Shown piece after piece: positions 50,139 through 60,300 of a stretch of DNA of 64,000 nucleotides (positions are counted from its first letter, which is position 1; the number at the start of each line of letters is the position of its first letter). Both the position numbers and the translations under genes were made by a program. The stretch is from a virus (taxonomy: Duplodnaviria; Heunggongvirae; Uroviricota; Caudoviricetes), in IMG/VR virus record IMGVR_UViG_3300031414_000001, positions 64,001-128,000 of that record; one strand, given 5' to 3'. The notes below the pieces were generated by a model. The model had not been told where the DNA came from and did not search any database. It saw only the letters and a list, made by a program, of their open reading frames with translations.

Positions 50139-52837
50139 TGGCATCTCAACAACCTAATGGTTCAGGTACTAGTAATAGTATGGCTTATGCTAAGAACCAG
50201 GCCGCTCGTTTTAATCCACAATTTGTACAATTAGCTACAGTGATGGATAACCGAGATCCTACCAGAACTGGTAAATTAAAAGTTTGGGTTCAGAATTCAC
50301 AATCTGATTCTGACTCTAAAGGTTCATGGTTAACAGCATCCTATCTATCACCATTTGCTGGGAGAACTCCTGGTACACCTGGTGCTGAATCTTATTCACA
50401 ATTCCCCAAAGGCTACGGCTTTTGGGCTGTTCCACCAGATGTGGGAACTACTGTTGCGATATTCTTCGCAAATGGTAACATTCACGATTGCTGGTGGTTC
50501 GCATGTGGTTATGATGACCGCATGAATACAATGGTTCCTGGTAGTGCGACACAAACACTACCGAACAGTGGCTATGACATGGCAGTACCTATTACTGACT
50601 ATGACCGTAACACATTACAAACAGAAATGGATCAGAAATATGTCAACGTACCGTTGGTTGCTGGTCTAACAAAACAAAATTTGCTATACGATCAACAAAA
50701 AGGTGCTGCGAACCGTTCAAGTACTCGTCAAACTACCAGTACTGTTTATGGTATGTCCTCACCACGTGGTAATAGTTTTATTATTGATGATGGTTATACT
50801 GATGCTGAATTAACAGCACCAAATTGGGATCAAGATCCTGATTCATACCAAAACACACAATTAGGAAACGCAGTAAATGACACTACCGTTGGTCAACGTA
50901 AAAATGAAGGTATCGTTCTACGTACTCGTAGTGGTGCTCAATTCTTACTATCAGAAGACCAAGGAAACGTGTTCTTGATTAACCGTGATGGTACAGCACG
51001 TTTTGAAATGACTCCAGACGGACAAATTACTGTTCACTCTGATAAGAGTATTACTATCCGTACAGATGAAGATTTCAATTTAACTGTAGCAAGGGATATG
51101 AACGTTGAAATTGGTGGCAATTTTAATATGCATACTCAAGGTGCTTCTAAATTAAATTTAGTTGGTTCTCTAGACGTTAAAGTTGATGGTCAGGTTGTTA
51201 TTAACACTGGTGCTGATTTGCGTTTAGTTGCTTCAGCAAGTATTCGTGTTCAATCTGGTTCAAGTACTAATATTACTTCTGGTTCTAACACTGCTATTAC
51301 AGCTTCCAGTACTGTTGATATTACTGGTACATCAGTTAATCTTACTGGTGGTGGAAATAACTTCACAGTTAAAGGTGGAAGCACAGCTAGTTCCGCAGTT
51401 GTTGGTGCTCCAGACTTCCAAACTCCAAGTGTTGGTTTAGTGAATCACATTCACACTCACCAACAATTTAGTTCACCTACAAGTCACAGTGATGCTATGA
51501 ATCCTCCGGTTCAAGGTGGTGGTTCTTCTTCTGCTTCAGCAGCAGCTTCCGCTGAACCTGCCGATGACGTTGCGGCTCAAACTCCGACTGTACAACAACA
51601 AGAAACAGTACAGCATATTAACAGCACGAGCGAGGTTGGTCAAGTACTAACGCAAGATTTAGTCGTGTCTGATGGCGGTGAGGATGACACTACGGTGCAA
51701 TCTTATACTACTACATATGAAGGTTTACAATTATTCATGCCAGTTACCGGAACCATTCGTGAATTTGGATATTGGGGTAAAGGTGTTCCAACTCAAAGTG
51801 GAAGTACTACAAATCGCAATGGTTGGATTATTCAAGCTAAGGGTGATGTAGTTGCTCCAGAAGGTGGATTAATAACTAAGATGGGTAATGGTGGTGTTAT
51901 TATTACACACCCAATTGGGTATAAATCTATTTTCTATGATATTGATGTAACCGTTAATAACAAAGATACAGTAACTAAAGGTCAGAAAATTGGTACAGCT
52001 AATGGTGTATTTGAATTTGAAATTCGTTTAGTCTCAGCAAATATCTATGGTTGGAGTGGTACAGTTGATCCTGGATTATTCTACAGTACTGTAACAGGTA
52101 AAGGTGCTGATTGTGCTAACAAGAGTTTAACTATTGGTAAGCCATCGAATCCAAATCCAAAACCAGCGTCATCATATTCAGAAAACAGTACAGACCTAGT
52201 TGTTATTACAAGTGTAGGAAGTATTGGTTCAGGATATTCACAACGTGGTTCCATGCATGTGCCTAGAAAGACAAGTACTACAAAACGTAATTCAAATTCA
52301 TCAGCTAATGTTCCAGCAGAAGATTTATCAAGTCTAGATAAGACAGCAGTCGATTGGAAGGTTGTAGCTTCTGATAGTAAATTACTTGAAGAAGTTAAAG
52401 AGTTCGAAGGTACTATTCAGTACCAGACAGCCGTTGGATATTATCGTAATGGTAGATTCTGGATCTATAAAGATAGCTTAGGTTATCCAACAATTGGTTA
52501 TGGACATTTGATTACAGCATCCGATAACTTTGCTGGTGGTATTGATGAAGCTCAGGCTGATGCTTTGCTACAAAAAGACTTAGTTCGTACTGTACGTGAC
52601 GCACAATCACTTTATGCTCAGTATAATATGAAAACACCGTACATTTGTCAAATCGTTTTGACAGAAATGTGTTTCCAAATGGGTAAAGGAAAAGTAGCTA
52701 AATTCAAGAATACATTACAAGCAATGGCGAACGGTGACTATAAAGGTGCTGCCGCAGGTATTCGAAACTCAGCTTGGTATAGACAAACAACTCGTCGTGC
52801 TGAAATTATGGCTCGTCGTGTAGAGTCCTGCCAATAA
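50138..52837 (+). CDS. gp5: Central tail spike / baseplate hub with C-terminal lysozyme (gp5-like)
   Basis: OB fold (NRDP..TGKLKVW), beta-helix repeats, HIHTH tip, M23-like segment, T4-lysozyme domain (EG...YKDSLGYPTIGYGHL). Confidence 0.88.
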   Translation: MASQQPNGSGTSNSMAYAKNQAARFNPQFVQLATVMDNRDPTRTGKLKVWVQNSQSDSDSKGSWLTASYLSPFAGRTPGTPGAESYSQFPKGYGFWAVPPDVGTTVAIFFANGNIHDCWWFACGYDDRMNTMVPGSATQTLPNSGYDMAVPITDYDRNTLQTEMDQKYVNVPLVAGLTKQNLLYDQQKGAANRSSTRQTTSTVYGMSSPRGNSFIIDDGYTDAELTAPNWDQDPDSYQNTQLGNAVNDTTVGQRKNEGIVLRTRSGAQFLLSEDQGNVFLINRDGTARFEMTPDGQITVHSDKSITIRTDEDFNLTVARDMNVEIGGNFNMHTQGASKLNLVGSLDVKVDGQVVINTGADLRLVASASIRVQSGSSTNITSGSNTAITASSTVDITGTSVNLTGGGNNFTVKGGSTASSAVVGAPDFQTPSVGLVNHIHTHQQFSSPTSHSDAMNPPVQGGGSSSASAAASAEPADDVAAQTPTVQQQETVQHINSTSEVGQVLTQDLVVSDGGEDDTTVQSYTTTYEGLQLFMPVTGTIREFGYWGKGVPTQSGSTTNRNGWIIQAKGDVVAPEGGLITKMGNGGVIITHPIGYKSIFYDIDVTVNNKDTVTKGQKIGTANGVFEFEIRLVSANIYGWSGTVDPGLFYSTVTGKGADCANKSLTIGKPSNPNPKPASSYSENSTDLVVITSVGSIGSGYSQRGSMHVPRKTSTTKRNSNSSANVPAEDLSSLDKTAVDWKVVASDSKLLEEVKEFEGTIQYQTAVGYYRNGRFWIYKDSLGYPTIGYGHLITASDNFAGGIDEAQADALLQKDLVRTVRDAQSLYAQYNMKTPYICQIVLTEMCFQMGKGKVAKFKNTLQAMANGDYKGAAAGIRNSAWYRQTTRRAEIMARRVESCQ

Positions 52838-52869
52838 ATACTTGTACTGATTAATTCAGGAGGTATTAA

Positions 52870-53358
52870 ATGAGTAATTGGGTATTAACAAGTTCAGATC
52901 CTGGTCTTTTAAATGATATTAAAAACTTTGAAGGTACAATTGCGTATCAAACAAAAGTTGGTTATTATAAAGATGGTAAATTCTGGACATATAAAGATAG
53001 CTTAGGTTATCCAACAATTGGGTATGGACATTTGATTTTGACTGGTGAAGATTTTAAACAAGGTCTAAACGAAAGTCAAGCAAATACCTTACTAGCTAAG
53101 GATCTCGCATCTAAAGTAGCTGATGCTAAATCACTATATGAACAATATGGTATGAAGGGTGGAATTGCTCTACAAAAAGTTTTAACTCAAATGGTATTCC
53201 AAATGGGTAAACCAAGAGTATCGCAATTCAAAAATGCTCTAACTGCTATGGGTAAAGGTGATTATAAGCTTGCTGCTAAAGAGATGCGTAATTCTAATTG
53301 GTATAAACAAACTACATCTCGTGCTGAAACACTAGCTCGAATTGTAGAATCACTATAA
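52870..53358 (+). CDS. T4-type lysozyme (GH24), likely endolysin
   Basis: FEG...YKDSLGYPTIGYGHL, MVFQMG, S.WYKQT..RA; own late box at 52835-52840. Confidence 0.92.
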   Translation: MSNWVLTSSDPGLLNDIKNFEGTIAYQTKVGYYKDGKFWTYKDSLGYPTIGYGHLILTGEDFKQGLNESQANTLLAKDLASKVADAKSLYEQYGMKGGIALQKVLTQMVFQMGKPRVSQFKNALTAMGKGDYKLAAKEMRNSNWYKQTTSRAETLARIVESL

Positions 53359-53368
53359 GGAATAACAG

Positions 53369-53758
53369 ATGGCAGTTATATTCAAAGGTTTTGCTTCTCC
53401 TATTGTGGGGAAGACTCAAGTACTTTATGATATTGACATTGTTCGTCAAGACTTACTAAATCACTTTAACACTCGTAAGGGTGAACGTGTAATGGATGTT
53501 GAGTACGGTTTTATTGGTTGGGACTTGCTTTTCGAAATCGACAGACCTGGGAACTCTCAACTTCTAGAAGCTGACGTTCGTCGTATTGTAGCACTTGATC
53601 CTCGTTTACAATTGCTATCTGTAACCGTATCAAGTGTAGAGTATGGTTATCGAATAGATCTTTCTCTCTATTATGTCCAATTGGAAGCAGTAGAAGATTT
53701 AGAACTGGTATTTGATAACAGATCACAACAAAGAATGGCGTTTGTTAACGCTGCTTAA
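53369..53758 (+). CDS. gp25: Baseplate wedge subunit gp25-like
   Basis: TRKGERVM...YG....LLFE...DPR. Confidence 0.9.
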   Translation: MAVIFKGFASPIVGKTQVLYDIDIVRQDLLNHFNTRKGERVMDVEYGFIGWDLLFEIDRPGNSQLLEADVRRIVALDPRLQLLSVTVSSVEYGYRIDLSLYYVQLEAVEDLELVFDNRSQQRMAFVNAA

Positions 53759-53767
53759 ATAAAGTTT

Positions 53768-53796
53768 AAAGGCATCCTCTGGATGCCTTTTCTTTT
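53768..53796 (+). terminator. Rho-independent terminator
   Basis: AAAGGCATCC-TCT-GGATGCCTTT-TCTTTT; late box follows at 53800-53805. Confidence 0.85.
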
Positions 53797-53837
53797 GGAT
53801 AAATATTTCTATATTATTATATGAGGTGTATAAAAAC

Positions 53838-56800
53838 ATGGCACAACAAAAACGACAATCCAATTTGTATGCTGCTGAAGATTGGCAACAAGTATATGAG
53901 TCATTTGCTCAAATCAACTTGACTGCTTATGACTTCGATACAATTCGTGAAAGTATGGTTAACTATCTTCGTCTAACATATCCTGATTCATTTAATGACT
54001 GGATTGAAAACGACGAGTTCATTTTTATTCTGGATACAATCGCATTGATTGGACAGAACTTAGCATTCCGTATGGACTTGAACAGCCGTGAGAACTTTCT
54101 CGATACAGCAGAGCGTAGAGCTTCAGTACTGAAATTGGCTAAGATGATTTCTTATGCACCAAAACGTGCATACCCAGGACGTGGCATAGCAAAAGTTATG
54201 ACAGTCAAAACAAACCAGGATATTAAAAACAGCTTCGGTCAGTCTTTAAAGAACCAACTAGTACGTTGGAATGATCCAAGCGATAATAACTGGTACGAGA
54301 ACTTTATTCTTGTAATGAACAGTGTTCTTATTGATACAAACCAATTTGGTGATCCAATTAAGAAAGTAACTGTTAATGGTGTTTCAAACCAATTGTATCA
54401 AATGAATACAATTCCTATGAGTGCTCCTAATATTCCGTTCACCGTGAACATTAATGGTGTTTCAACTCCATTTGAAGTTGTTAACCCTGATATTACAAGT
54501 ACTGGTACTGTTTCTGAACGCCATCCACAGCCACAAGAGCAAAAACATATTATCTATCGTAATGATGGTAATGGATTTGATTCTCCATATACTGGATTCT
54601 TTGTTTACTTTAAACAAGGTAACTTATCTTTCACTGATTTTGAATATGACCAACGTATTGAAAGCCGTGTACAAGATTTGAATACTAATAACATCAATGA
54701 GATTGATGTATGGGTACAAGAAATTACAGATGATGGTTTAGTACGTACTAAATGGACACGTGTTCCAGCAATTGAATCAATTTCATATAACTCAGTAGAT
54801 CGTAAACAAAAAAGTATCTTCTCAGTAACTACTCGTGATAACGACCAGATTACAATTAAATTCCCCGACGCTCGTTCCGGTCAAGTTCCTCGTGGTTCTT
54901 ATCGTTTCTGGTACAGGGTTAGTAATGGTGAAACTTATACCATTAAAACAACAGATATTCAAAATAAGTCTATCAAGTACACATATCGTACCAATACACA
55001 ATCCGAATTTGAATCAAGTACTTTGGATATTCAATTTAGTCTTCAATTCCAGTCATCACTAGCTCAGTCTCGTGAAACAATTGAACAAATTAAAGAACGT
55101 GCTCCACAATTGTACTACACTCAGAACCGTTTCGTCAATGGTGAAGATTATAATATCGCACCACTAATGTTAGGTAACACTGTACTGAAAGCAAAAGCAA
55201 TTAACCGTATCTATTCCGGTCAATCACGCTTCATTGATATTAATGACCCAACAGGTAAGTACCAAAACACTGATGTATTCACTGATGATGGAGCAATCTA
55301 TCGTGATACCATCCAGGCAAGTAATTCAGTACTTCTACCGACTGCGAAATCTAATACAGCAATCGTAATTGATAGTATTCAACCATTAATTGGTGATAAT
55401 GCTGTTATTCAGTTGTATCAAGAGTTCCCAACAAATACAGTTATCATTAGTAATAACCAACAATGGATTCCAGAGTTCAATTCTAGCTATTCTTCTAACA
55501 CTTATGGTAGAATTATGGTAGGAAGTACTGTTGTTTCTTATGATATTGGTACAATTATCAATTTCCCAACTGCTTCAGGTGTAGATATTTGGACTTCTGT
55601 AGTTGACACTACATCAGATGGTTATCTAGTACTATCAATGCCAATTAATAGTAATCAGTCAGCAACAGAATTCATTAAACCGTTCCGTGTTAAGTTTTCT
55701 AACGTTGAAGTTCAAACAATTGCTTCTGAATTAGATAAAAAGACTGATTTTGTATTGATTTATGATCCTAATACCCTAACATGGATTCCAATTGAAGGAA
55801 CCTACACTACTGATACTATAGAATACAATAATGTTGCTTATCCTATCCTTATTAACGTTTCTTATACCTCTGAGTCATGGGAATTTGTTAGTAATGGGGT
55901 GAACTACATCTTTGTTGGTGGAGAAAAGGTTCGTTTCTACTTCGTTAGTACTGAAAACATCAGTGATATTAGTACTGGTACTGTACAATCGGATAAAATT
56001 GACATTCTATCATATAACTCGAACTATACCAATAACAATGGTTACACTGATGATGAATCATTCCAAATTATTGAGACTGTAAATCAGGAAAATGGTTATA
56101 TTGATGGTTCTCGTGTAATTATCACAAGTTCTTCTCGTGATACTAATGGTATTCCTCTGAATCCTAATCAGTTCAGAAACATTGTACCTACATTAACTGG
56201 TACAAATAAGACAAAATATGAACAATGGCTTGTATTCCATGAAAATACGGACTTTACGATTGATATGATCGATCCAACTGGTTCCGATTTCACATTATTG
56301 GACAGTACTTGGACATATACGTTAACTGATGCTAACTCTGAGACAATTGCGTATCGTAAAGCTGCATTACTTCGTAATGTTAACATGCGTAGCACTAATA
56401 TTTCAGCACTTTTGAACAAAGGAACTGGTTTTGTTATTGGTTTTGAGTTAGATGGTTCTGATTATTTTGTACAACAGACTGTTGGTAATAACAATGACCG
56501 TATGAACAACTTCTTGTCTAACATGACATTAAGTACAGACCAGAATCCAATCACTCCTGAGCAAGCATTTAAACGTGCTATTGACAATATGAGTTCTGAT
56601 ACTGCTGATGAATCAGTAAAATTAGATTATTATGGTTATAAGGATGTGAGTACTGACTACTTTATCAAGAAAGATGCTCGTGTAGATATTAATTATCATT
56701 GGAAACACTATGCTCCAGACGATAATCGTATTGACCCAAGTAGAACTAACTTGATTGATATGTATGTTCTTACAAGTTCTTACAAAGAAGCAGTTGATAT

Positions 56801-57302
56801 ATGGCTTAAACAAGCAAATGGTTCTGAATTCCCTAAACCACCTACTAGTGTTGAACTAAAAGAGATGTTTACGGATGTTGAGAATAAGATTGTAGTGAGT
56901 GATAGTATGATTTGGCATAGTGCTACGTACTTAAAACTGTTTGGTGATACTGCTGATGCAGATTATCGTGCGGATTTCAAAGTAATTAAGCTTGCTAACA
57001 GTACTTTGAGTGATGACGAGATTCGTCAGAAGGTAATTTCACTAACCAATGACTTCTTTAGTGTAGATAATTGGGATTTCGGTGAAAGCTTCTACTATAC
57101 TGAACTAGCAACCTATATTCATATTAACTTAAGTACAGAAATTGCTTCTGTTGTTATCGTTCCACAAAATCCAAGCTCTAAATTTGGTGAATTGTTCGAG
57201 ATACCAAGTGCTTCAGACCAATTGTTTGTAAGTACTGCGACAGTTGATAACGTTATTATCGTGAACTCTCTAGCGAAAAGTAACATCAATATTGGCAAAT
57301 AA
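53838..57302 (+). CDS. gp6: Baseplate wedge protein (gp6-like, extended)
   Basis: YDFDTIR...YL, ENFLDTA..R.SVL.LA....Y.P, ETIEQIK.RAP..Y.TQNR.V..EDY. Confidence 0.88.
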   Translation: MAQQKRQSNLYAAEDWQQVYESFAQINLTAYDFDTIRESMVNYLRLTYPDSFNDWIENDEFIFILDTIALIGQNLAFRMDLNSRENFLDTAERRASVLKLAKMISYAPKRAYPGRGIAKVMTVKTNQDIKNSFGQSLKNQLVRWNDPSDNNWYENFILVMNSVLIDTNQFGDPIKKVTVNGVSNQLYQMNTIPMSAPNIPFTVNINGVSTPFEVVNPDITSTGTVSERHPQPQEQKHIIYRNDGNGFDSPYTGFFVYFKQGNLSFTDFEYDQRIESRVQDLNTNNINEIDVWVQEITDDGLVRTKWTRVPAIESISYNSVDRKQKSIFSVTTRDNDQITIKFPDARSGQVPRGSYRFWYRVSNGETYTIKTTDIQNKSIKYTYRTNTQSEFESSTLDIQFSLQFQSSLAQSRETIEQIKERAPQLYYTQNRFVNGEDYNIAPLMLGNTVLKAKAINRIYSGQSRFIDINDPTGKYQNTDVFTDDGAIYRDTIQASNSVLLPTAKSNTAIVIDSIQPLIGDNAVIQLYQEFPTNTVIISNNQQWIPEFNSSYSSNTYGRIMVGSTVVSYDIGTIINFPTASGVDIWTSVVDTTSDGYLVLSMPINSNQSATEFIKPFRVKFSNVEVQTIASELDKKTDFVLIYDPNTLTWIPIEGTYTTDTIEYNNVAYPILINVSYTSESWEFVSNGVNYIFVGGEKVRFYFVSTENISDISTGTVQSDKIDILSYNSNYTNNNGYTDDESFQIIETVNQENGYIDGSRVIITSSSRDTNGIPLNPNQFRNIVPTLTGTNKTKYEQWLVFHENTDFTIDMIDPTGSDFTLLDSTWTYTLTDANSETIAYRKAALLRNVNMRSTNISALLNKGTGFVIGFELDGSDYFVQQTVGNNNDRMNNFLSNMTLSTDQNPITPEQAFKRAIDNMSSDTADESVKLDYYGYKDVSTDYFIKKDARVDINYHWKHYAPDDNRIDPSRTNLIDMYVLTSSYKEAVDIWLKQANGSEFPKPPTSVELKEMFTDVENKIVVSDSMIWHSATYLKLFGDTADADYRADFKVIKLANSTLSDDEIRQKVISLTNDFFSVDNWDFGESFYYTELATYIHINLSTEIASVVIVPQNPSSKFGELFEIPSASDQLFVSTATVDNVIIVNSLAKSNINIGK

Positions 57303-57305
57303 CAA

Positions 57306-57333
57306 AAAGGGCATCTTCGGATGCCCTTTATAT
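57306..57333 (+). terminator. Terminator with cUUCGg loop
   Basis: AAAGGGCATC-TTCG-GATGCCCTTT; late box follows at 57339-57344. Confidence 0.8.
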
Positions 57334-57381
57334 TGCCATAAATAAAACAAATGAGAAAAAGAATTTTTATTGGAGAATAAA

Positions 57382-60300
57382 ATGGCGAACGAATTTAAAT
57401 TTCAGGCTTCTAAAGTAGCTGAAGCAGTGAATCAAAAATTGTTCATTAAAAGATTGCCAGAATGGATGCAAGGTCTAGAACAAATTCAAATGTTCTGTGA
57501 TGACATTATCCAACAATGGTTTAATCCAGCAGATGAAGAAATCGTAGACGGTTATATCGGTGATCGCGGCTCTCCTGCGGCTTCAGGAAAGATCTTCCTG
57601 AATGAATTAGACCTACAACGTCAAGACTATCAGTTTAGCCCAGCATATGTATCTCGTAATGATGATACCAGTGTTCGTTCTCTCCAATTCTACCCTGATT
57701 TAGTTGGTTATTTGGAGCATTACGGTGCTTTGACTGAGAATCAAGCTCGTCTATTAAGTGGAAAGTACTATTCATGGACTCCACCAATTAACCCAAACAA
57801 ATTACAAAACTTCAGTTCCTATTTGTGGGATACAGAAAACGAATATGGTATTTCTCCAGACTATATCGTAATGGAACGTGGTGCTCTTAATGGTAACACC
57901 TGGTCATTACAGAACTTCTGGTATACCATTGGACAAACTCTACCTGATGGAACTGTTGTAACTGAACAAATGGCACAAGGAAACCGTTTCCGCCGTGCTC
58001 AAGTACCAATTATTGAATTTAATAAGAATATCGAACTAATGAACTACGGTACTCGCTATCGTGGTGATGTTGATTATCTTTCTGACTCAATTAAACCTGA
58101 AGATATTGTACAGAAAAACGTTGGTAACAACGTTCGTGTCGATGGTTATGTTCTACAAGCTGGAGATCGCATCCTATTCACTAGTATTGGCAACGCTGGT
58201 GAGAATAACCGTATCTATAAGGTATACATCAAGCAAATGGCTGATGGAACACGTGTATACGGCCTTGTATTGGACGAAGACGAAGAAACAACCGCTCGCC
58301 CTACTGGTGAACCGCTAACTGGTGACGTTGTTCTGGTGCGTTCTGGTAACGTATATGGCAACACGGCGGTATATTGGAATGGTCGTGAATGGACTGAAGC
58401 ACAAGCTAAAACTGGTGTTAATGAATTTCCATTATTCCAACTATATGATAAAAACGGTATTAAACTAGATAACAGTACTGCTTATCCTAGCAGCACATTT
58501 ACTGGTTCAAATTTGTTCGGTCTAAAAATCAACTACAATTACGGTATGGACAAGATTTATCAAGAACATGTAGAATTAAGTGAATACAACTACTACATTT
58601 TCGAGAACTTCCTACAAACTGTACGTTATACCTATTCTAAAGCTGGTGCTCTAACTGAAATTCCAGGATTATATTTCTATAATGTAATTTCTGAAGATAC
58701 CAATGGTGCTCTAGTACAGAACTTAAACTCTGATTGGGTTCGTAGTCCTGAAGAATCAAAACAAACTGTTCGTCAAGTTCCTGAAGTTACTAAATCTTCT
58801 ATGTATCGTGTGTTCAATACTGTTTCAGAGATGAATTTATTCAAATCTCCAGTAGAAAACATGTATGCTTATGTGATTGAGAATGACAGTACTTACAAGT
58901 ACTATCAACCAAGTAACAGCACATTTATGAAATGGAACATTATTTCTGATGTAGCAATTCAATCAGACTTGTATCAAAGTACTTATGAGCTTGCTCAGAA
59001 GATTGATCCAACAAATACTGATGAAACTCTTGAAGTATTCTTTAATGGTGCTAAAACTTTCGACTACACAACAACTCTAACAGCAGATGGTCTAGTAGAT
59101 AGTATTACTTTTAACAGTACTACCAGTATTGTTGAAGACAGTATCATTGAAATTGTAACCTATAGTCCGACTAAGGTTCCTGATTTGGATTTGGGATCAT
59201 ATCAGATTCCAATTAACTTACAGAATAACCCATACAATGATTTTGTAGACTACATTCATCAAGGTGAATATACTCCGCACTTCTTGGATATTATCGGTAA
59301 GAACATTACAACTGGTTCTGTAAATGATTTAAACAACTATGAACTTCGTTTAGAAGCTGGTCTAGTAGACAACTCTGTTGGTACTAAGATTATTCAGAAC
59401 GAAACATCACTATTACCATTGATGCTTCATAGTGCTAACGAAAACTTAGACTTATTCAGTGCTATTATTTTCACTCAGTACGAATATTTCCGTTTCAAAA
59501 ACAAATTTAACACTCAGATGATGAAGATGTATACTAGTGATCCTGCTTCATTCATGGCTGAGAGTGCGTCTAACATTGTGGATTTGATTTTCTCTGCTAT
59601 TAACGTAGGTAAAGATAATACATTCCCATTCGCTTTAGACAACGTAGGTTCTAATACTACAACTAACAAAACGTTTATTCCACCTACTCCACAATTCTTG
59701 GGTATCCTAAAAGCTTACACTCCAGAAAAAGCTACATACGTTCACGTTGGTAGTTCTATTGGTTGTTATAACATCGACCATATGGGTGTAATCAGTAAGG
59801 CGTACCGTGTAATTAATGGTGTAGACCTAATGGATGATGTTCTTTATGAACTAGAGAATCGTATTTTTAATAGTATTGATAATACCTTTAAGGCAATTGA
59901 TTTCGTTCCTTCAATGGATTCTGATTTCTTGAAACCAACTCCGTACTTTGAAAATACTGCGTATACTTCAGATGAATATAATTCTCTTGAACTACGTGGA
60001 TATGTAAACTTCATCGCTACACAAGGTATTGATAATAGTACTCATAGCTACGATCAATCAAACTGGATGACTTGGAACTACACCGGAACAACTTATGTTG
60101 TTAACGGACAACCAACTGAAATTCCAGCACGTGGTTCATGGAGAGCAATCTATACTGACATGTTCGGTACATATCGCCCAGCAACCCATCCGTGGGAAAT
60201 GTTCGGCTTCTCACAACGTCCAGATTGGTTTAACCAAGAATACGAACCAACTAAAGTTCGTTTAGGAACAGCGACAACTGAATATGTTTATGTATATCCT

